Below are positions 19,609 through 28,591 of a DNA stretch of 64,000 nucleotides, one piece after another. Each line of letters starts with the position of its first letter. The stretch's first letter is position 1. The position numbers and the translations under genes were made by a program. The notes under the pieces are model-generated. The model saw only the letters and a list, made by a program, of their open reading frames with translations. It did not search any database and was not told where the DNA came from. Source of the stretch: Nitrosarchaeum sp. (GTDB taxonomy: Archaea; Thermoproteota; Nitrososphaeria; Nitrososphaerales; Nitrosopumilaceae); NCBI GenBank assembly GCA_965223865.1, contig OZ245020.1:1728001-1792000 (forward strand), given 5' to 3'.

Positions 19609-20163
19609 TTATTTTTTATGTAAATAACATCCACAGGTATGATCATTTACCATTCCTATAGCTTGCATTAAAGCATAACAAATTGTAGGCCCAACAAAAG
19701 AAAAACCACGTTTTTTAAGATCAGCACTTAATTGCTTAGATATTTCAGTTGATGCGGGTAAATCAGATAATTTTTTGAAATTGTTGTAAATTGGTTTGTA
19801 ATTTACAAATCTCCAGATATATCTATCAAAGGAGCCAAATTCGTCTTGAATTTTTAAAAAGTATTGGGCATTTTTGATTGCAGACATAATCTTGAGTCTA
19901 TTTCTAATAATTGAATCATTTTTGAGAAGCTTTGAGATGCTTTTTTCATTGAATTTTGCTACTTTGCTTGGATCAAAATTAGAGAATGCCTTTCTATAGT
20001 CTTCTCTTCTTTTTAGAATTGTAATCCAAGAAAGGTCAGCCTGAGCACCCTCTAGAATTAAAAATTCAAAGATCTTTTGATCATTATGTTCAGGTTGTCC
20101 CCATTCGTTATCATGGTACGAAATGTTTGGTTCTTCTTTTGCCCATTCACATCTTTTTATCAT
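19609..20163 (-). CDS. tag: DNA-3-methyladenine glycosylase I
   Basis: RCEWA, YHDNEWG, LEGAQADLSW, IIRNRLKI, FVGPTICYALMQAIGMVNDHTCGC. Confidence 0.92.
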   Translation of the reverse strand: MIKRCEWAKEEPNISYHDNEWGQPEHNDQKIFEFLILEGAQADLSWITILKRREDYRKAFSNFDPSKVAKFNEKSISKLLKNDSIIRNRLKIMSAIKNAQYFLKIQDEFGSFDRYIWRFVNYKPIYNNFKKLSDLPASTEISKQLSADLKKRGFSFVGPTICYALMQAIGMVNDHTCGCYLHKK

Positions 20164-20246
20164 ATATGAATTTTATAGAATGGGTTCAAATGTTTTTTCA
20201 ATATCAACTACTTAAGATTAATAATCGTATTCAGAGTCATTTCATT

Positions 20247-20672
20247 ATGAAATCTAATCAGCAGTTGATTCAGATAAATCGTAATTTTTTGATTTGCTTT
20301 GTTGTTTCTGCTTCGCTTTCTGCAGTTATAGCTCAATTATTATCAGATTATGAAAATCATCTCAACACAACAATTACAATTGTAATGGGCTATGTAATTT
20401 ATTTTGGAATTTTCTCATGCTTGTTTTATCTTGATAACAGAAACAGATACAAGCAAATGAGTACAAGATTGGTTAAAAAAGAACTACTTGGTTTGATTTC
20501 TTCCTTTGGAGTAGGTGAAATAATATACCTTGGAATTAGGTGGCCCACACTTTATTATTTTTTAGAGATTCAAATAGAACCATTTATGGCATCAATAATT
20601 TCAGAAATAATTGCTACAGTGTGTTATATGACAGCAGTTACGCTATTTTTAAGAAAAGCAAAAGTGTTTTAA
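20247..20672 (+). CDS. Four-TM membrane protein (GtrA-like topology)
   Basis: Four hydrophobic helices; ATG at 20247 avoids overlap with tag. Confidence 0.65.
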   Translation: MKSNQQLIQINRNFLICFVVSASLSAVIAQLLSDYENHLNTTITIVMGYVIYFGIFSCLFYLDNRNRYKQMSTRLVKKELLGLISSFGVGEIIYLGIRWPTLYYFLEIQIEPFMASIISEIIATVCYMTAVTLFLRKAKVF

Positions 20673-21037
20673 AAACATGATAATTTCAGATCTGAATCAA
20701 ACAAAACCAGAGTTGTGGTGCTAAGCATTGCACCGAATCTATTTTCGTATGAAAAAACATCAATGCTTTGAAATTTACAAAAGAATTTGAATGCTAATTG
20801 CCAAAGCTATTAACACAAATGCAGTGCCAGCAATTTTTGAATATTGCATGATTTCAAGATTTTCAGGTAGAATTTATAATTATTGAAAAAATCTAACTTG
20901 ACTAAGTAAAGGGTCTGAAAATATTTTGATAAACGGTAGTTTTTGAATATTCAATAGAGCTTCTAAATATAAGAAAACTCCTAGAGACGAAATTATAGAA
21001 ACAAATTTCATTATGATCATACTAAATCAAACAAATA

Positions 21038-22032
21038 ATGAATCTTGAAAGAATTCAATTAGCAGCAGATCTAGAGATTTGCAGAGTAGTAAATGGAATG
21101 TGGCAGGTGGACACGGTCAGATAAATGAGGATTCTGCAATATCTGAAATGATCGAATATCATAATTTGGGGTTTAATACATGGGATATGGCAGACATTTA
21201 TGGGCCAGCAGAACTATTTTTTGGTAAATTTAAAAAAAAGATTAAAAACAAAGAAAAGAAATTGTCAGAAACACAAGGCCTTACAAAATTTGTTCCCTCT
21301 CCAGGATCCATGAGCAAATCCATCGTGGAATATTTTGTAGACCAATCAATTAAGAGGATGAACATAGAATCAATTGATTTGTTGCAATTTCATTGGTGGG
21401 ATTATAACAATTCAAGTTATATTGATGCAATGGAACATTTATCAAATTTACGTGATGCAGGAAAGATTAAACAGATAGGACTAACAAATTTCAACACCAG
21501 AATCACTGAGAAAATCCTACAACAAGGATTCAAGTGTATCTCTCATCAAGTACAGTATTCGATTTTAGATCAACGACCAGAAAGTATGATGATTCCACTT
21601 TGTCAGAAACACAATATCAAATTACTTATCTATGGAACTCTTCTTGGAGGATTTTTTTCTGAAAGATATCTAAATGAAACAGAACCAACAAGATCTGATC
21701 TTACCACTCTTAGCCTACAAAAATGCAAAAACATGATAGATCTTTGGGGAGGATGGAAATTATTCCAAGAACTTTTGGAAGTTTTAAATCAAGTTGCAAA
21801 AAAACACAAATCAAGCATTTCAAATGTTGCAACGAGATTCATTTTAGATAAACCATGTGTTGCAGGTACAATAATAGGAACCAGATTAGGAATATCAGAA
21901 CATAAAATAGATAATCTTAAGGTATTTGGTTTGAAACTGGACAAAGAAGATCAAGATAACATCAAAACAGTTACCTCAAAGTCAAATGATCTTCTGGAAG
22001 TAATTGGAGATTGTGGAGATGAATATAGATAA
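21038..22032 (+). pseudogene. Aldo/keto reductase with a frameshift near 21101-21110
   Basis: N-terminus MNLERIQLAADLEICRVVNGMWQV is in a different frame from the body (GGHG, WDMADIYG, DLLQFHWW, GLTNF, QVQYS). Confidence 0.8.
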
Positions 22033-22303
22033 AATTTCCAACATATGAAAAAAGTAAGATTGTTATTGATTTCTTAAATATTTTGAGACCAGAATTGTAT
22101 CAGAAGAGTTTGCATTTTGAAATCATGGGAATCTGGACAATACTTTCTGTTGATCATAAAGGACAAGAAAAACATCCATGTTGTATTGGAAGTTCAGATG
22201 ATCATAACTTGAACCCTACTGAGAAGAATGTGGTTTTGGATGCCTACTCAATCATGTCAGGTTATGGAATCAAAGGAAAAAATCTTGAAAAAAAATATTT
22301 TTT

Positions 22304-23263
22304 CTAATTTCCTTCTATCTTACACTTTGATTCACCAGGTAAACAATAAACCTGAAATTTGAAGAGAGTAGTTTTTGATGATTCGCCATGTGTCACACTG
22401 ATAAACGTTAAAAGGGTCTCCAAATCATCAAAAGATTTTGGAATCTCCCATGAGAAAATAAAATTTCCCTCAGAATTTGTAAATCCTTCAAATTCTCTAA
22501 TTATATCTTCTCCATAATCTTCTATTCTTAGCGTAACCTTTGCGCCCTCTATTGGGGCAATTCCATCAGTTACATGAGAAATAATAGTATGTGTAGTTCC
22601 CCTTCTTACCATCTGGTCACCTTGAACATAGATTTGAAGATTAGATTGATGCAGAGTATCTCTTATGATAATATTGATTAAGTTCTGATCAATAAGAAAT
22701 CGTAGAGAGTTTAGGAATTCATGATCAGTTATCTTTTTTTCAACCCACCATTGAAAATTTGTTTCAAACCATAACGGAACAGATGTGGTAATCGCATCAT
22801 TTCCGAGACGAAAATATGTTGAAGTCATATTTTGACTGCCAAAATTTGCTAAAACTGTATACAAGCCTCTTTGAGAATTACTATCTATTAGAAAATATGT
22901 AACGTACTTTCCGGTTTCCAATAAAGGAGTTTGGATTACTTCATGGGAATTATCAGGTTTTATTATGGTAAGAGATACAGGTCCTGTTTTTCCGTAATCG
23001 TTTATCTGTCCTGAGATCTTCACAAAAAGGAGTTTCCCTTTTTCTGGAATTGTATAGAATTGAGCATTTTCATAAACGGTCTTTGGTAAAATTTTCTCTC
23101 TTGCCATATCTTTTAAAATAGATATTACAATATCAGAGGGGTAATCTTCATACAAAATTTTTTCTGCATTGTTTTTTATGTAGAGTGGAATTTCACTTTC
23201 TGAATATGCAGATGTAAATAAGGACATTCCAGACACAAGCACCACAATTATCATAATTTTCAT
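22304..23263 (-). CDS. Secreted hypothetical protein with degenerate thaumarchaeal IPxW..WW repeat and Ig-like segments
   Basis: Signal peptide; VPLWFETNFQWWVEKKITDHEFLNSLRFLI. Confidence 0.75.
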   Translation of the reverse strand: MKIMIIVVLVSGMSLFTSAYSESEIPLYIKNNAEKILYEDYPSDIVISILKDMAREKILPKTVYENAQFYTIPEKGKLLFVKISGQINDYGKTGPVSLTIIKPDNSHEVIQTPLLETGKYVTYFLIDSNSQRGLYTVLANFGSQNMTSTYFRLGNDAITTSVPLWFETNFQWWVEKKITDHEFLNSLRFLIDQNLINIIIRDTLHQSNLQIYVQGDQMVRRGTTHTIISHVTDGIAPIEGAKVTLRIEDYGEDIIREFEGFTNSEGNFIFSWEIPKSFDDLETLLTFISVTHGESSKTTLFKFQVYCLPGESKCKIEGN

Positions 23264-23373
23264 TAATACTAAATTATCAACTAGTTATTGTCTCTATTAT
23301 CTTTAAAAACCAATTAAGAATATTATCAGCTAAATCCTAAATAAAATAAATACTTCTTAAAGATCTCAAAAAC

Positions 23374-23550
23374 ATGGCAAAAAGTCTTAGTTGTGCAGAT
23401 GCCGGAGCAGATTGTGGATGGTCTGCAACTGCAGAAACCGAAGAAGAGTTAATGGCAAAAGCCACAGAACATGTCAAAGAATCACATAAAGAACTGCAAG
23501 TAAATCCAGAACTTGCTGAAAAAATAAAATCACTCATAAAAGACGTATAG
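23374..23550 (+). CDS. DUF1059-like small metal-binding protein (58 aa)
   Basis: Hand translation MAKSLSCADAGADCGWSATAETEEELMAKATEHVKESHKEL...; C-x6-C...EEELM...H-x4-H signature. Confidence 0.85.
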   Translation: MAKSLSCADAGADCGWSATAETEEELMAKATEHVKESHKELQVNPELAEKIKSLIKDV

Positions 23551-23784
23551 AAAAAATATTTTTCTTTTTTTCTTAAATTTGCATAATCTAAACATTTTGG
23601 TTTTAAATCAACTTCAACTAACTTCAAAGTAGGAATTTTTAGTAATCAAAACAAAAGAAAAGAGGTTAACAATAGTAATTTTTTTCATTTTTGATTTAAT
23701 ATTCGGTTTTGACTATATTGAAAGAGTATGATTAATTATATTCGTAAAAGAAGTGCACCAAAATTAAGGTATGATGATCTATTA

Positions 23785-24036
23785 TCAGCTACCACGTACA
23801 GTAACTTGATTTCCTACTGAATGATTAATTCCTACTACTTTTCCAGGATTAGTTGTAATTACCATCAAGGTCTCACAAGAAAGACAGAGAATAGATGGGA
23901 CATAATCAGCATATTTCTCAGAGGGACCAGTGGTAGCTAATACTGCATCATCTTTAAGATCCGACTTACCGCAATTAACACATTGAGAGAGGCGGTGTGA
24001 AATATGCTTTATTTTGTTGACATAGTAATGAACCAA
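23785..24036 (-). CDS. Small zinc-ribbon protein
   Basis: CVNCG ... CLSCE; true start uncertain. Confidence 0.6.
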   Translation of the reverse strand: MVHYYVNKIKHISHRLSQCVNCGKSDLKDDAVLATTGPSEKYADYVPSILCLSCETLMVITTNPGKVVGINHSVGNQVTVRGS

Positions 24037-24110
24037 GACACATAAACTGCAAAATAAGAGTTCTTAAATTATTTGGTATTTTAAAAAAATATCAAAGGAA
24101 GAAAAGGAAA

Positions 24111-24377
24111 ATGACATCGTTTATTGATAAGAAAAAAGACAACGAGGTTTCAAATAAAAATGAATCAATCACAACAGAAGAATTAAAGTTGTTCTTTCCT
24201 CCTTTAAAGAAAGACAAAGGTTTTGAGTATTCTGGAAAGTGCAATTATTGTGATGTTGAGATTAATTTTTCAGATATCTCAGAAATTAAAATCAAGTTAC
24301 AAAAAAATGGTTCACGAAAATTTTCTCTTTATCATAATGGATGTTACGATAGATATTTGAGAAGAACTATTGATTGA
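24111..24377 (+). CDS. Small putative zinc-finger protein
   Basis: CNYC ... YHNGC (CxxC/HxxC). Confidence 0.6.
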   Translation: MTSFIDKKKDNEVSNKNESITTEELKLFFPPLKKDKGFEYSGKCNYCDVEINFSDISEIKIKLQKNGSRKFSLYHNGCYDRYLRRTID

Positions 24378-24384
24378 ATTAGAA

Positions 24385-24639
24385 TTATTTTTTTAATTCT
24401 ATGTATTCTATATTTTCTCCACAATATGGACAGTAATTCATTGGAAAAAAGGCAATATTGCCATCTGCACTAATATCTTTAAAGTAAAGCTTTGCCCATT
24501 TAATGTTCCATAGTTGAAAATGTTTGTCATGCTCCTTTAGTTGTTTACAACACCACCACGTTCTGTGGTTATTTACTCTAAATTCTGTGAATTTCCCACA
24601 TGTAGGATCATCGAAATATCTGTTATAGAAAATTTTCAA
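24385..24639 (-). CDS. Small Cys-rich protein
   Basis: WWCC ... MNYCPYCGE. Confidence 0.65.
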   Translation of the reverse strand: MKIFYNRYFDDPTCGKFTEFRVNNHRTWWCCKQLKEHDKHFQLWNIKWAKLYFKDISADGNIAFFPMNYCPYCGENIEYIELKK

Positions 24640-24721
24640 TGTAAATCATTAGTTGAATTGCAATTACATTCATTTAACTTCAACAGTAGATTATAAGAGG
24701 TAAAATCTCTACATTACATAA

Positions 24722-26431
24722 TTAAAAGAATAGAACTTGTGATAATTTCATTATAAATAATTCAAAGACATTTAGTTTCGTATCTTTTTGTCCCCATCTA
24801 AACGGTTCAGAATATTCATTGATGATTTTACAAAAAACATCATCAAGATAATCTTTTACAGGATTATCCAGATTTGAATCATCGTCGTCGATATTTTTGA
24901 GATATGTGATATGATTTATCTCCCACATGTTATGTGCTCTACCTGCAGGATTGTAGCTTCCCCCAAATTTTACGTATTTTTTCTTGCCATCCTTTTCATA
25001 TATGACAACCATCTGCTTTGCATGAAGCATTTCATGAGTTACATTTCCATCATTTACCGCAAACTGTTTTGTTTCAACAATCCTGTTTTTTCTCATAAAA
25101 TAGGCATAATATTTTGATACTTCTGCAATAATTGCATTTTCTTGTTTCTTTGGAAAAATGACATGAACTTTTTTATTTTCTTCTAGATGCTTTGTGACTT
25201 TATTTTCCAATTCTTCATCAGAGATGTGTAGATTTTTATTTTTGATTTGTTTTTTTACCCTGCTGTATTGTTTTTGTTCTAATCTGTTAGCAGCAGTAAC
25301 TAAGGCTCTTGCAATTTTATCATCTGAAAAATAAGGAGTCATGATAAAGATTTCACTAACATCATCTCTTAACAACAAATCATGATAATCTTTTTGTGCA
25401 TCTTGAACATATCCTGGAACGTTTACAGATATCTCCATTGATAGATTTCCAGAATTTGTAAAATTTGGAAGGAATTTCTCATTAAGAATTTTTCTATCCA
25501 TCTCATAGATTTGTGTGATTTCATCTCCTTGATCAAATAGATTTCTGCGTTGATTTGCCATCAATAGAAATGACATAAGGGTCAATGTTCTAACAAATGG
25601 TCCCTCTATCAGATCCATTTGATCATACAATGTCTTGATGAATTGAGATTCTATTCCTATTCCACCTAAAAATGCAGCTTTACCATCAAATATCCATAAT
25701 TTTATATGATTTGCAGCCAAAAAATCCGAAGACAGTGGATTCCAACTGTCATTAATTCTAACATCAATTCCAACACTTTTCATTTGTTTAATCATTTCAA
25801 GAGTTTTGTTTTGAAAGTCATCAACCAGATCAGGGTCCTGAACAAAAATAGAGACAAAACCATCAATCAAAAGACCAACATACATGTCAGGATTGTTTTG
25901 TTTTTTTTCTATCAGTCGTTTGCTTACTTCAATGCCATACTCGTCTGCTTTAAATCCAAGTTCAATACCAACTATTGATTTTGAGCTCTTGTTATCAATC
26001 CAATCATAGAGTCCATTAGGACTGGTATTCCAATGTTCTCCCATAGGTCCTCCATTCATGAAGGGAAGCATAGAGTTTCCCTTAACAGGCGTGATATTGG
26101 TAAAACATGCTACATCTTTACGAGAAATTTTCTTGTCATGGATAATTTTGTCTAATACTTGTAAATGCATTTCATCAGAAGAGATCGTCGGTCTTCTTCC
26201 AAGCAATCCACCAAGCGAGCGAATTATATCTCCAATTAGATGAATTACAGAAATTCTATCAATGAATTCTTCGCCAATTGTTTGAACAATATCATCGTCA
26301 TAATAATGATTTATGTTACCTTCTCGATTTTGGGATTCAAGTTTCCATAATTTTTTTTGCTGGAATTTTTTATAGAGTCTTGACTTTGAAGAATCAAGAA
26401 ATTTTTTGTTTTTAGAAAATATGTTTTTCAA
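24722..26431 (-). CDS. Phospholipase D superfamily protein (cardiolipin-synthase-like)
   Basis: NHIKLWIFDGK...GGIG (HKD1), MTPYF, LHAKQMVV...GGSYN (degenerate HKD2). Confidence 0.85.
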   Translation of the reverse strand: MKNIFSKNKKFLDSSKSRLYKKFQQKKLWKLESQNREGNINHYYDDDIVQTIGEEFIDRISVIHLIGDIIRSLGGLLGRRPTISSDEMHLQVLDKIIHDKKISRKDVACFTNITPVKGNSMLPFMNGGPMGEHWNTSPNGLYDWIDNKSSKSIVGIELGFKADEYGIEVSKRLIEKKQNNPDMYVGLLIDGFVSIFVQDPDLVDDFQNKTLEMIKQMKSVGIDVRINDSWNPLSSDFLAANHIKLWIFDGKAAFLGGIGIESQFIKTLYDQMDLIEGPFVRTLTLMSFLLMANQRRNLFDQGDEITQIYEMDRKILNEKFLPNFTNSGNLSMEISVNVPGYVQDAQKDYHDLLLRDDVSEIFIMTPYFSDDKIARALVTAANRLEQKQYSRVKKQIKNKNLHISDEELENKVTKHLEENKKVHVIFPKKQENAIIAEVSKYYAYFMRKNRIVETKQFAVNDGNVTHEMLHAKQMVVIYEKDGKKKYVKFGGSYNPAGRAHNMWEINHITYLKNIDDDDSNLDNPVKDYLDDVFCKIINEYSEPFRWGQKDTKLNVFELFIMKLSQVLFF

Positions 26432-26795
26432 TTATTAAATAATAGAATATGCAGAATAATAAAAACATGCCAATCATGAATAATATTTTTTTAAATTAAT
26501 TTACAGATCTAAACTTGAGTAATGCAGTTTTTAATAATATATTGAATCTCTGATGAAAAAATCACCTTCTGAGATCAAGCATCTTTGTGATGAAAGTATA
26601 GCCTCTAAACATCTAAAGTCCCGTTATATGAAATCAATTGGACAAAGAAAAAATTAGATTTTGACTTTTAGATTAAATGATTCCTTTGATCAATAACAAT
26701 CTCAGAGAATCACAATTTTAATTGCTAGCATTATCTAAACAGGATCATAATTAGAAACAACATAGTTAATAATTTATAAAATCATATCATAAGGA

Positions 26796-27719
26796 TTGGT
26801 CAATAAAATTATCATTCCTTCAATCATCATGGCAATAATTCTTAGTGCAACTGGTACTGCATATTATTATGATCTAGATGAAGACGAAGGAGATCCTGTT
26901 ATTGATTTTGACGCAGAATCAGAAGATTATCTGGAAATACATTTTATTGATGTAAGACAAGGTGATTCAACCTTAATGATAACTCCTAGCGGATATTCAA
27001 TATTAGTAGATGGAGGAAATAATGGAAGAGGTCATGAAGTAGCAAATTACATCCAAGGGTTAGGAATTGATGAAATAGATTTGATGGTTGCAACTCATCC
27101 TGATGCAGATCATATAGGAGGATTAGATGAAATAATTTCCACAATGCCTGTGAATCACGTAATGGACAATGGACAAGAGCATCCTAATCACACCAAAACA
27201 TATCAAGATCATATGATAGCAATTGAAGGAATTGAGCGTACTATTGTTCGTGAGGACATATTATGGGTGATAAATGACGACACAAGAATAGAAGTCATTG
27301 TCCCATATGATGACGGTGCAGGCCTGAAACGAGATCTGAACTCGAATTCTATTTTGATCAAGACCTCATATGGTGGAACATCTGTTCTATTAACAGGGGA
27401 CTGTGAAAAGATTTGCGAAAATAGAATTCTGGCAGGAGATATTGATGACTCCATCGGAGACGACATTAATGTCGACATTCTCAAAGTTGGCCATCATGGA
27501 AGTGAGACATCAACATCTGATGAATTCCTTTCTGAAACAGATCCTACATTTGCAGTAATTAGTGTTGGAAAAAATCAGTGGGGACTGCCGAAGGATTCAA
27601 TTTTGGAAAAGTTAGAAGAACATCGCGCAGATGTTTATAGAACTGATGAAAATGGAACAATAATAGTTACAATAGATGAAAACGGAAATGTGTTACTTGG
27701 ACTTTTCAATGAACAGTAA
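26796..27719 (+). CDS. ComEC/Rec2-type metallo-beta-lactamase-fold hydrolase, N-terminally anchored or secreted
   Basis: FIDVRQGDS, LVDGG, THPDADHIGG, LTGD, LKVGHHGS, YRTDENG. Confidence 0.9.
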   Translation: MVNKIIIPSIIMAIILSATGTAYYYDLDEDEGDPVIDFDAESEDYLEIHFIDVRQGDSTLMITPSGYSILVDGGNNGRGHEVANYIQGLGIDEIDLMVATHPDADHIGGLDEIISTMPVNHVMDNGQEHPNHTKTYQDHMIAIEGIERTIVREDILWVINDDTRIEVIVPYDDGAGLKRDLNSNSILIKTSYGGTSVLLTGDCEKICENRILAGDIDDSIGDDINVDILKVGHHGSETSTSDEFLSETDPTFAVISVGKNQWGLPKDSILEKLEEHRADVYRTDENGTIIVTIDENGNVLLGLFNEQ

Positions 27720-27779
27720 CACACAGAATTAATATTCACTACAGAGTATTTTTATATCATCATAAGAACAAAACTTCGA

Positions 27780-28550
27780 ATGAAATTAAACCAAATTATT
27801 TTGTTTACATTCATTTCAATCATCATATTATTTCCTATCACAATTTATGGAGAAGTATCAGTAAATGATGGGGCAACATATATTGAGAATCAATATGTTG
27901 GAGAAGAGGAATCAATAGAGCAAAGTCCATTGGATTCATTAATCGACACAATGATTGATGAAGTAATTGCAATATCTGCAACCATTTTGGCAACGGGTTT
28001 AGGCTCACTGTTCATGTGGCTTAGAAAGAAAGGAATTGAGATCACCCCAGAACAGGAAAAAATGTTCAAAGAAATTCTTACAACTAGATACAAAAAACTT
28101 GCAAAAGACAGCTGGAAGGTATTTAGAAAAGACGAGGCAAAGTTTGTAGAGGCTCTAAAAGAAGGAAGAATACCAAAGGATTTAGCAGAAACATTGAAAA
28201 CCAACGGTAAAGAATTTGCAGATGAACTTCTAAAGAAAGATGAATTCCAAGACTTTTCGAAAAACCTTGCCAAAGGAACAATAGAAAAGATACTTGAAAA
28301 CATTAGAACTGAACTCAAGAATGAAAATCAGAAAAAATTGTTAGATGTACTACCAAAAGTTGCATCAATTGCTGTGGATTCAGCCTTTAAGGAGAACAGA
28401 AGTGTCAAAGAGTGGGGAGAAGAAGCACTGAAAAACATCAAACCGTTGTTGGTGAATGCAGAGGCACTTGAAAAAGAATCAAACTTGATGATAATAATCC
28501 AAGCAGAGATTAACAAGAGGCTTCAGGCAGAAATCAACGCAAAGTCTTAG
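27780..28550 (+). CDS. Hypothetical membrane-anchored helical protein
   Basis: Signal/TM segment, a second TM, then a charged helical domain. Confidence 0.7.
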   Translation: MKLNQIILFTFISIIILFPITIYGEVSVNDGATYIENQYVGEEESIEQSPLDSLIDTMIDEVIAISATILATGLGSLFMWLRKKGIEITPEQEKMFKEILTTRYKKLAKDSWKVFRKDEAKFVEALKEGRIPKDLAETLKTNGKEFADELLKKDEFQDFSKNLAKGTIEKILENIRTELKNENQKKLLDVLPKVASIAVDSAFKENRSVKEWGEEALKNIKPLLVNAEALEKESNLMIIIQAEINKRLQAEINAKS

Positions 28551-28591
28551 ACTTCTCTATAAGAGATTAAGATCGTAGTAATAAAATATCA

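Noticed and set aside
20672-20850. Fragments of a hydrophobic minus-strand ORF (MQYSKIAGTAFVLIALAISIQILL)
   Set aside because: Only 24 codons, continuation is out of frame and no family is identifiable; at most a remnant
22083-22307. 74-aa ORF after the aldo/keto reductase
   Set aside because: TTG start, no recognisable motif; may be gene debris
23337-23627. 96-aa minus-strand ORF
   Set aside because: Shadow of the DUF1059-like gene on the plus strand (23374-23550)
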